This document shows, piece after piece, positions 1-11,201 of a DNA stretch of 64,000 nt. The notes beneath the pieces were generated by a model. The model saw nothing but the letters and a program-made list of their open reading frames with translations, searched no databases and had not been told where the DNA came from. The stretch covers positions 147,932,001 to 147,996,000 of the forward strand of contig OZ024740.1 in the NCBI GenBank assembly GCA_964016885.1, given 5' to 3'. Source of the stretch: Eledone cirrhosa. Taxonomy: Eukaryota. The number at the start of each line of letters is the position of its first letter. Position 1 is the first letter of the stretch. Made by a program: the position numbers and the translations under genes.

Positions 1-324
1 GTGCAAAAGCCACTGTATTGTGTCACTTGAGTAGGGCACACAACTCTGTTTGCTCCAGTTTCAGTTGACAACAAATTGATTCCACTTCTATTCTATATAT
101 CAATATAACAACTGCAAAAGCAGTATGTTATATAAAAGTGTAAATTAGGAAATTTGAAAAAAAATAAAGCATAAAAGGATTTTATTAAAAAGAATTGATA
201 AACAATAGATATTGGAAATACTTTTTAAACTGTGACTATTTATGCTTTTTAAAAATAGACCATATGTAATATATTCATATGTGCATGGCCTACCTGTACT
301 GTTTGTGTATGAGTATGTATGTAC

Positions 325-360
<36 letters not shown>

Positions 361-700
361 CATATGTAATGAAACACTCATAGTCAGAACTGATAGAGAT
401 CCAACAACAATATTTTGTATAGTTGTGTACATGTCACACCTTCATTTTGCATATATACTTGACTTAGTATGTGTATGTATTGAGATTTTACATGTTCAAT
501 AGATAAGTTGCATTGCGATTTTCACTTATTTTTGTTGAAAAAGCTGCACCTTACACATGAGTATACACTATACACATAAACACACGTACATGGTGTGTGT
601 GTGTGCATTTCAGTTTATGTGACAATCGGTATCTATCAATATGATTTTAAGTTAACAGTTGATAAGGTCGATGACCTGATGTATCAGCAGATGTTGATCT

Positions 701-767
<67 letters not shown>

Positions 768-1454
768 TTGCACGCACGTGTGTATGTGTGTGTGTTTGTG
801 TTTGAACACAAGAGACTAATTTGTTAAGGTGCTAACACTAACTGACATTTATACTGATAAGTAATGAAGAACTAATGTTCCACAAAAGCAAGTCCCAGAC
901 TCTGTAAACCATTAATATTAAAACAAGAACAATTACACTAACTTAACTACTTAAGTAAACATAACATAATCATTTATATGTAGACAACTTCAAAACAAGA
1001 AATATACTATTTTACTTACTGTTCAAATGTTACTGTGAAATAAGTTTCAAAAACCCTTGCTCATAAAAAATTAAAATTACATACATTTCTATCTAAATAA
1101 TTGAATAAAATACTTTTTGTAAAACAAAAAAATTGCAAATAGAAATTGTACAAATTCACAAAACAGGCCACACACATACGTGCATGTCTTTATACATACA
1201 CACATTTATACACATACACACACATTTATATATTGTTGATGAGACACCCACATGTCAACTATTTAACTTTTTAAAAGCCATTTTTTCTATATCTCTCCAA
1301 GGGAAGGGGACGTTATGACAAGTGTATGTAAAGTTTTTTGTCAATGTACAAATATGAAAACTTAGTTTCTATTAAAAAAAAATTCCATGAATATTCTCTC
1401 TATTGTCACTCAACACTGAAGAACAATACAATCTCTCATCAACTAATTGCTTAC

Positions 1455-1517
1455 CGTTTCTCTCTGTGAAGTGTTTGCTTGATTTGTAGAATTGACTTCA
1501 TATAGCAGCAATAACAT
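1455..1517 (-). CDS. Candidate alternative Mitf exon (MITF-M-like first exon, or alternative to exon 2)
   Basis: ATG with A at -3, then 21 codons MLLLLYEVNSTNQANTSQRET, then ACG|gtaagc donor in phase 0, the same phase as the exon 2 end. No transcript evidence available. Confidence 0.3.
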
Positions 1518-2532
1518 ACTGTTAGGGCACAACAATATTTTGATTTTTACTTCTTTTACAGTTTTCTTTTCAGTATGTTTTCTTACCCAAGTCAATAATA
1601 ATTTCACTGTCAATAAATAATCAATTGTGCAAGACACAGAATAATTAATACATTCCTATTTTTGTCTTTTTCTTTTCTTTACTCATCCCATAATGAAAAT
1701 ATCAGGCTGGTTCCATTTAAAAAAAAACGAAAAAAAAAAACAAACTATATATAGAAGAAACCATTACAATTCTCACATAGTCTATTTACTTGGAAATGAT
1801 GTGTAAAATATAATAATTTCAGCAAACAATTGACTGTGATATAAAACTAGAAAGTATTCTGTCCAAAGGTACATTTTTCACAAAAACAAATAGGTTTGCC
1901 AAACCCACCCACCCAACTTACTCATAACTTAATTTCTCACTTTCTATCTCTTTCTTGTATGTGTGTGCGTGCAATGTATGATGTGTGTACATATATATAC
2001 ACACGTACATGAGGTGGGATTGTGTGTGCGTGTGTGTATGTATATGTCTATACATACATACATGAATGTATGAACTTTTTTTTATCTCTAATTCTTTTAT
2101 TTTTTATCAGTTTGTCACTTCCTATCTTAGACTCTTGCTCTTTTTCTATATCATTTTCTCTATACTCCCCCTCCCCCTCTCTCTCTGTCACCCTCTATCC
2201 TTTCTCTATATTTCTTTCAAGCATTGATGATATTCTTTTAGTTTTTAAAGTATGAATATATTCTACAGCCACAAACACCAGTGACAACCCCCACTCCCTC
2301 TGACACTATCCCTCCCAACAACTACATCAGAGATGCCACCACTATCACCATAACCAACACCACCATTTTATATGTTATCACAACCACTTTTACTAACAAT
2401 ACCAACATTACTCCAACCCTGCCTCCTCAAATATTGCTGCCACCACCAGTGGTACAAAGGTGAGGCAATATAGTTAACAACAAAAAAAATTTGTTGGCAG
2501 TAAAGGATTATAGAACAAACTGCAGTACATTT

Positions 2533-2909
2533 CAGTGGCAAAGGGTAACCTGGAAAGCAGGGCATGCAGTACAATCGCCATGGCGGAAAGTGGGGGTCTG
2601 CAGCCTTACCCCCCCCCCCCAATTCCCTCTAAATGACCCTCCCGATCAAAGCCGCATGTAGTGTTATCTAGTGTGTGTGTGTGTGTTATCTATCTTTTTA
2701 TGTGTCTACGATTTAGTAAGCAGTCAAAATTCTACTTGCCCCAAAGCTGTCGTGTGTGTGTATGTGTGTGTGTGTGTGTTATCTTTTTTGTGTCTATACG
2801 TTTTAGTAAGCAGCCAAAATTCTGCTTGCTTCAACCGACGCAATTGATCAACTCAAGATTCTATAACACATGCACTGCATGTGTTGCATGCACGGACCCT
2901 TCGCCCCTG
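2533..2909. mobile_element. Possible hAT-type MITE
   Basis: TIRs cagtggcaaagggt / acccttcgcccctg (12/14 match). Internal ~100-bp tandem duplication. TSD not clean. Confidence 0.5.
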
Positions 2910-3479
2910 GTGCACATATCTATTTAATCATACATTAAATCACCATGGCAATGGAATTATAAACATGCTGATAATTTCCACTTGATTCTTGCAAATTTCA
3001 AATATTTCATTTTGGAATCTATTGTGTGTGTATGTGTATCAACACTAATTACACTATAAACACAATCCATCCATCTATCAATCTATTGGTTCTGGACTCC
3101 TGGTGGAGTTTGAACCTGGTACAGTTCATGAAAGAGAGAGAGAGTACAGGAATGGTACTTTATTCATTGACTGTGGCAGGATAAGAAATCAGAAAGAAGA
3201 GAGCTGAAATGAATACTAAGAGATGTAAATAAATGCCTTATGGAATTTAGTCATAAGGTCAAATCTGCCTGAGATTAGCTTTGTTGTTCATCCTTAAAAG
3301 ATTGATAAAATAAAGCACCATGAATCTACTGGGGCCAATGTCTACCTACTAGGGAACAAAAGCTATCAACTACTTCTAGGGAGTCTTCTTAGCATTTGAA
3401 GGAGATTATTTAATCTGTGCTTTTACTGCTAACTTATCTTTTATATCTATTATATACAAAGTCAACCTTCACTGCCAGT

Positions 3480-3780
3480 CCCCATTCCGGCTCCGTGTGA
3501 TTCCTCACCACTTTGTGTGTGTTCATAATTTACATGGGTAAACTAAATGAAATTTCTACCTACTCTTTTTCTGCATATTGAACACTGCCATTTCCATTTT
3601 GCAGGGTCCTGTCTTTTTCCCTACTAAATAAAACTTTAATCTTTGCAAGTTTACTTGCAGGTCTCTTGGTTCTAGATTTTACTTTCATGTCTGTAAGTTC
3701 TTTGCTAAATCTTATACAGATTCAGCCATAAGAACTAGGTTACTAGCATACAGGAATTTTCAGCTGGACTTGAACACAAT
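3480..3780 (-). pseudogene. Old RTE RT fragment
   Basis: Reverse strand has a decayed (E)FLYA..LVLMAES...LQVNL.K.KV segment. Similar old RTE 3' bits lie at ~10470-10590, ~17735-17850 and ~61000-61260 (minus) and ~17930-18310 (plus). Confidence 0.6.
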
Positions 3781-6019
3781 ATAAAAGGATATACTTAAAT
3801 ACTACAAGCCATTTTCTCTGTCACTCTACTGATTCTACCAATCCACTACAACTGTTAATAATAACAACTATAATTGTAGTAGCAATGTTATCAACATTAA
3901 CAATGGCATTGATCATGATGATTTGTAACACAGGCATGATGCCTCAAATTGATAGTGATAAAGTCCATGTTTTTCTAAAATGAATTAACAATGTTAACTT
4001 CTGGCATTAAAGTAAGATGCTAAAGAATGAGTCTAGTAAACAATGAATAAAACTATGAATCAAACTGTGAGTCAGATAATTTACTCTATCACCAGCCTAA
4101 ACTAATCCATACCCATTTTAATACCACATTTGCCCACATGTGCCTTTAGCAGAGTCCATCCTGTTCCCAGTATTCAGACAGATCTCCAATCCATTTTCCT
4201 CCCATCAGTCACAGGAGATGGAGGGGTGAAAAGAGTCATGAGCACTGTTTTTGATAACAGCTCTAATGGAATCAGGACTGACCTAGCGACAACAATTTCT
4301 AACAGTGTGGCCCAGTCTTTTGATTGTGTATCAAGAAATGAAAAAACAAAACGACCAAAGCTTAGCAAAACCAAACGTTCATTTGAACTAAAATATGTAC
4401 TATGTAAAAAGGTATAATGTTTTAGGTGGCAAATGAATAGTTGATTAACATTTCATGCTAAGCTTCAAACTGTCTGGTGACCAGGCCTTTATAGGCTTTT
4501 AATGACAATATATGTGCAAGAAAAGGAAAGTGTTCCAAAAGAAGCATAGAAACAATTTTTGTGTTCCAAAAAGTTTAGTTATACTCTGTATAAATTGTTG
4601 TTCTTTGGATTTGCTTTAACTGAACATCACACCTATGTTAAGGATGTTAATCTAGGAAATCTAGGGGTCATACTCATTCATATACTTGAACTGATAAACA
4701 GTAACAAAACCTAAACTCAGTTAGTGGTTGTGACAGCTGTTTACATACAATACAAACAGTCAGATCAGCCTGTGACAGTTGTTTACTTACACCAGCTACA
4801 ATCAGAGCACTCTGCAACAAGCAGTAGTATATCAGAGCTATTTATGACATATTATCTGACAACTGTTTTACTTATAGTTGTTATTAGTGATGCTATAGTG
4901 CTCTAAAGATTTCAACAGATAACCAGCAGTATTTTGAATCCATCACCTTGTACCAATACGATTATGGTGTTGGGGTAACAAGTCATAGGCAAGGGCAGAT
5001 AATAAAGATTTCTCCTGAAAACATAGAAGACCAATGATATATTATAATTTATTACTTGTAAAGTATACTTGAGTTAATTGGGACTAATTACTGCCATCTC
5101 TATGATGAAATGTTAATTTAGCCTTGATTTGATTGTAAAGGTGACTGTTACTTGAATATAAAATGACCTAACTACATGTTGCAAGGTACTTTACATTATG
5201 ATTGCAACAATTGTAATAATCCTAATTTATAGTATAATCATTAATTAGGAGTGGTGAACAGACGATTGTATTAACCCCAGTATTTGATTGGGACTATATT
5301 TTAATGACCACAGAATGATGAAAGGAAATATTGAATTCAGTTGGCTTTGAACTCAGATGTAAAAGTAGGTAACCATTTATGACACTCAATACCCTCATGA
5401 CAATAATGATCAACATTACAACCAAGAATGTAGAAAGTAACTAAATACAAATAATTTGCTTCTAAGATGAGATTTTTGTTTAGAACAAATAGGTTCAGAC
5501 TTATAACATCACTTCTTTCAAACCATTTTTTAGTCTGATTGGTCTAAAATATAAACTTCATATTAGCAATCATTTTTATGGAGGTGAGAAAAATAACCTC
5601 TAACTTGTTGGAATAAAATAGATAAAACAAATTGAAAATAACAGAAATACGGATTAAGTAGATTGAAACTTTAAATGAACTTGACCTTTGTCAATCTAAA
5701 AACAATTGTTATTTTGATGGCTTTTTTTTCTCTGCAAAACAATTTGATATCAAAATAAATGATAAAAGATTAAGTTTAAAAAAATGCTTTTCATGTTATA
5801 AAGCTGTGGAGTAGTACTACTTGACAATGTAGTTGGCAGAAACATTGAATAATATAGAAGTATTTCATTAGCATTTAGAGCTGAGCTCAAATCTTATGTT
5901 CAGATTCTACAAATGACTAAATCTAGACATCGCTTTCAACTGCATACAGGCAGGAAAATTGGAATAAACAGGAACAATATGCAGACAAATGGACAATCAA
6001 ATAGTTTTGTTGAAGATAG

Positions 6020-6335
6020 TTTGACAGGTAGATAGAAAAGATAGACAGATAGATAGGTGTATGGATAGCTAGGCAGACAGACAGACAGACAGACAAGCAT
6101 ACAGATAAATAGATAGATGGATATTAAAATGGAAAAGATAGATAGCTGGCTGGCTAGATGGATGGAAGGATAGATAGATAGGTGGATGGATGAATGGGGA
6201 TATAGATGTATGCGTGTATGGATAGATGGAAGCATATATAGATAGCTGAATGGATGGACAGGTAGGTAGACAGACTGACAGATAAATATACAAAAATATG
6301 GACAAATAGAAAGATAGGTGATAGATAAATAGACA
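6020..6335. repeat. Degenerate (GATA/GACA/GATG)n tetranucleotide region
   Basis: Visible directly. Confidence 0.85.
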
Positions 6336-7143
6336 ACCAGAAATATAGCATTAGTTGTTCAGAAGCAAATCAAAGTAAATGTTGAGTCATCATCATCATC
6401 ATTTTACAATTTTTAGATTGTCAACATCTGTCTGTACCTGATCATATGTTATTCCACTTTGTTACAGTTTGAATTACTGATGTTAAATTCAGAGAGTTAT
6501 TGAACCTTGAAATATATTTAATGGTCCATTAGACATCTAAATTGACCATGTGGTAAGATTTTAAGCAGTTATCCTTCTATAGCTAATGAATGAATGTGGA
6601 AAAATACTAACTTTTGAAATAGAATATTGATTTACCATATATCCTTTTGTATAATACATGAAAGATGAAAGTTTGAACTAAAATTAAGGGCAAAAATTAT
6701 TATTGTACACAACTTCGTTTAAGATTGAAAATACACTGATTGGGCACAATAGATAATAAAACTTGAAGTAGAAATATATTGATAAAAACTGTTTTGATAT
6801 ATTGGCAATATTTAATCTTTAGGAATCAGCATGATTAAATGTCATTTGTCTCAAAAACAAGAGATTTATAAAATAAACCAATTTCACTCAAATACTCTGT
6901 AAAATTTGTTTTGCAATGGGAGGTAGGACAGACCTACTTTTGCACAAGATGCAAAACATCCAGATGCTTTACATTGTTTAAGAATATGTGAATATTGTAG
7001 TGAAATATATGTGAGATTGAGGTTTTGATGATTAACAAAATACAAGGTTAAATAAAATAAAATTTAGATATACAATACTGTACTCCGGAGTCGTATTATA
7101 CACAAAGAAATACACACACACCATACACATACATATTTATACA

Positions 7144-7180
<37 letters not shown>

Positions 7181-7185
7181 GCATA

Positions 7186-7224
<39 letters not shown>

Positions 7225-7276
7225 TTTCTGAATTTGTTTAGCAAGATTCTTTATCTGAAAACGTGTGTTGAAACCG

Positions 7277-8725
7277 ATATTGTTATACTTTGGGAGGGTC
7301 ATGTTGCCAATAAGAAACACACGCACCAGTTGCTTTCACTTCAATTTATTATAAATTAAATTCATAAATTTAAGAATTTATAAATTTCCGGTTGGTTGGT
7401 TCCACAACCAGACGATTGTTCATATATTGTCAAAGTTCTTTCGTCACACATTCTGTCACCTCTTCAGTGACTGGAGATTCTTTTCTTTGTTTTTGTGCCT
7501 CTCCTTTGTTCTGTCCTACGCCATCTTGTTTTTGTGTGCTTAGTTTGCGCATGTGTTACATCCGGGTGTCTGTGTGTGTTTATATTTGTTTATTTATCTG
7601 TTTATTTGCATGTTGTTTGTTCTATGTGTGTGTGTGTTTTCATTTTGTCCTTAATTGTAAGTTGTGATGTTGCTGTTCCATTCATGTTTTCTATTTAATT
7701 TTGGTTGGAGTTCATTTATGTTTATTGCCTCTGTGATTTGTCTAAACATTGCGTCTTTTCTGTGTGTAGATTCTATTTTTATTTCTATGTTCTCTAATTT
7801 ACCCTTATGTTCTATTTTAACATGCTAAAATATATACATATTGTTATACTTTGGGAGAGACATGTTGCCAATAAGAAACACACGCACCAGTTGCTTTCAC
7901 TCCAATTTATTATAAATTAAATTTATAAATTTAAGAATTTATAAATTTCTGGTTGGTTCCACAACCGGATGGTTGTTCATATAGTCAAAGTTCTTTCGTC
8001 ACACATTATGCAACCTCTTCAGTGACTTGGATTCTTCTCTTTGTTTTGTGCCTCTCCTTTGTTCTGTCCCACACCATCTTGTTTTTGTGTATGTTGAGTG
8101 CTTAGTTTGCGCACGTGTTACATCCGGGTGTCTGTGTGTGATTTTATTTGTTTATTTACATGTTACTGGTTGGTTGTTTGTTCTATGTGTGTGTGTTTTC
8201 ATTTGTCCTTAATTGTAAGTTGTGATGTTACTATTCCATTCATGTTTTCTATTTAATTTTGGTTGGAGTTCATTTATGTTTATTGCCTCTGTGATTTGTC
8301 TAAACATTGCGTCTTTTCTGTGTGTAGAAAAGACGCAATGTTTAGACAAATCACAGAGGCAATAAACATAAATGAACTCCAACCAAAATTAAATAGAAAA
8401 CATGAATGGAATAGCAACATCACAACTTACAATTAAGGACAAAATGAAAACACACACACATAGAACAAACAACCAACCAGTAACATGTAAATAAACAAAT
8501 AAAAACATTCACAGACACCCGGATGTAACACATGCGCAAACTAAGCACACAACACACACAAAAACAAGATGGCGTGGGACAGAACAAAGGAGAGGCACAA
8601 AACAAAGAGAAGAATCCCCAGTCACTGAAGAGGTCACAGAATGTGTGACGAAAGAACTTTGACAATATATGAACAACCGTCCAGTTGTGGAACCAACCAA
8701 CCAACCGGAAATTTATAAATTCTTA
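7277..8725. mobile_element. Non-coding PLE-like repeat: two tandem ~560-bp units plus an inverted third unit
   Basis: Units start at 7277 and 7838. 8326-8725 is the reverse complement of ~7932-8319 with a 6-nt loop. Each unit carries a hammerhead motif. Confidence 0.8.
8621..8663 (+). ncRNA. Minimal type I hammerhead ribozyme motif
   Basis: GTCA-CTGAAGA-G-GTCACA(gaatg)TGTGAC-GAAA-GAAC-TT-TGAC. Minus-strand paralogues at 7429-7471 and ~7985-8026 (decayed). Confidence 0.65.
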
Positions 8726-8930
8726 TATACATATATATATACATATATACATTATATATATATATATATATATACACATTATATATATATACATATATAC
8801 ACATTATATATATGTATATATATGTATATATATATATGTATATATGTATATGTATATATATATATATGTATATGTATATATGTTGGTGTATATATATGTA
8901 TATGTATATATGTATATATGTATATATGTT

Positions 8931-9212
8931 GGTGCCGCGCCATCCAGGCCGAAACAAATGAGATCGTGTAGGTGTCATGACAAAAAAACACATAGTCCAC
9001 GCTGTAATGTGGCCGTGTAGGCAACACGGTAAAAACCTCCCAGACCCACACTGTAAATGTGGTTGGTGTTAGGAAGGGCATCCAACTGTAGAAAACCTGC
9101 CAGACAGTCCTATGCGAGCAAGACAATCACTCTTGCCTCAAGTGGGACTACCCCCGTCCAAACCCATGCAAGCGTGGAACACGGACGTTAAACGTTGATG
9201 ATGATGATGATG
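8931..9212 (+). mobile_element. RTE family B 3'UTR-only insertion
   Basis: Matches 39130-39525 (catccaggccgaaacaaatgag...ggacgttaaac) and ends in (GAT)n. Lies inside a TA microsatellite. Confidence 0.85.
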
Positions 9213-9344
9213 ATATATATATATACACACATTTTATATATATATATATATATACACAATATATATATACACATACATATATACATACACATATATACAT
9301 ACACATATATACATACACATACATACATACACATACATACATAC

Positions 9345-9396
<52 letters not shown>

Positions 9397-9994
9397 ATGT
9401 ATGTATGCAAATAGGGAGAAACGAACAAATTAGATAGACAGACAGATCTTTTTTATTTTTTCCTCCTTGCTGCTACTTTTCTTCTCTTCTTTCTCCTGCT
9501 CTTCTTTTCTCCCTTCTCCTATCTGCCGCTCTTGCTTGTCACTTCGGCTTCCTGCCACTTCCACAGAGCCAGGGCTTTTGTTCTTTCTAGCAGCGACTTG
9601 GTGCTGAGAGGATTCCCTTTACTTCTCTCACTCTGATCTGTCTGTCTATCTAATTGGTTCGTTTTATTACACAAACATCATACCGGCAGAAATAATTATT
9701 TTTCTGTTGTATGAGCTGGCAACTTCATGTGGAAACCACAGATGGTTTAAGAGCTGTAGAGGTTAAATTATGTATGTGATCTTGTCCTGTTCATTTTATT
9801 CCTTTGCTCCTTTCTCCCTATCACTTCTGCAGCCCAACACACTTCTAGTCGCCGATTTCTGTCTGTCGAGGTAAATTTTACCTGATGCTCTCATTGATGG
9901 CATTTTGCTTATTTAACAGCTATTATTGGCTTGAGTTTTTCTCATTATTCTATGAATTCTAATGCACTCCTGCTCCAACACGGTCTTCGAGAAA

Positions 9995-10050
<56 letters not shown>

Positions 10051-10999
10051 GTCGTCAAGGATGAAATTTGTAGAAAAAAAAAACAAATTTCTACAAATTT
10101 CATACTTGATGACCAAATATATGTGTGTGAGTGTGTGTATACATACACACACACATACATATGCATGTATGGCTAATCATCAAATTCATGTGAGATAATA
10201 TGAATTCATCAAAGAAAAATATATAACTACTATACTTTTTCTCAGACTTTCTAATAGTCCTACAGACTTCACATTTGTTCTTAATTCCATTGGTCTTAAA
10301 TGTTCAAACGTAATAATTAATTGACATTTCAAAAGTACTCTGGTGTTGTTAAGCCTTGGTGTCAAACTTTACATTCATGGCATTCACAGGTGAGAGATAA
10401 TTTTCTACTGGATAGGATGCTGGTCTTTAGTAGGTGATATTCATTGAGATAACTAACAGATAAGTAAAGTGAGACATATAGGTGGGTCTTCTGTATTACG
10501 GCATAATGCCAGAGATCCCAGTTCTGTGTCATCATCTTTGAGAGGTGCAATTGAGCAAGGTCAGCTTTTATCACCTCATCCCAAATGTTCCTGAGGCTTC
10601 CATCGTGCAACAGAAAAATAAATATTTCTGCTGGTATAATGTTTGCATGATAAAACAAACAAATTAGATAGTCAAACAGATCTGCCTGATTATATATTAA
10701 AAGTTTGGTATTTTATTTAAACTCAAATGTCCAGTAATTTATCCACCATCCATTTTGCTTCTATTTGCATTGTTAACGTCTTTGTTTAACGCCTATCTTG
10801 AGGCAAGATTGGTTGGGTGACTATGTCACACTCGTATGTACACTAATAAATAAAACTTACCATGTATTATCAGTCTAAATTTCAATTCTATGTAAGAGCA
10901 ATATGCAATCTTGTATTTAATCTGCTTAGTGCAATTTCTCCATCTTTGGATGGTTTTTTTTCTCATTCAATATTGAAACTTAAGAGAAAAAATTCATAC

Positions 11000-11201
11000 C
11001 TGGAGAACTTGTGGAGGTACTTCTTTGCCGACATTTTTGGATTCAGGTACATTGATAGAATCTGATGGATCAATGTAGATTTTCATAGATTCTGGAGAAT
11101 AGGATTCTTTACGTTCCTGTTCAGCAACTTGTTGTTTCATAAGTTGCAACTTCAAATTGGTGCGGTTTGTGTGATTTGTATGCTTAATTTCTGGTGAAGG
11201 A
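11000..11201 (-). CDS. Mitf: MiT/TFE family transcription factor, coding exon 2 (Rag-binding/Q-rich region)
   Basis: Acceptor tttatataatttcag| and donor CAG|gtatga. 202 nt, phase 2 to 0, in frame with exon 1. Translates (S)PSPEIKHTNHTNRTNLKLQLMKQQVAEQERKESYSPESMKIYIDPSDSINVPESKNVGKEVPPQVLQ, compare MITF SRILLRQQLMREQMQEQERRE...VPMEVLK|VQTHLENPT. Confidence 0.9.

Noticed and set aside
4130-4417. Overlapping 95-aa and 66-aa ORFs in unique sequence, checked as possible Mitf exon 3
   Set aside because: No LENPT.YH motif in any minus frame, and no recognisable homology or convincing splice sites.
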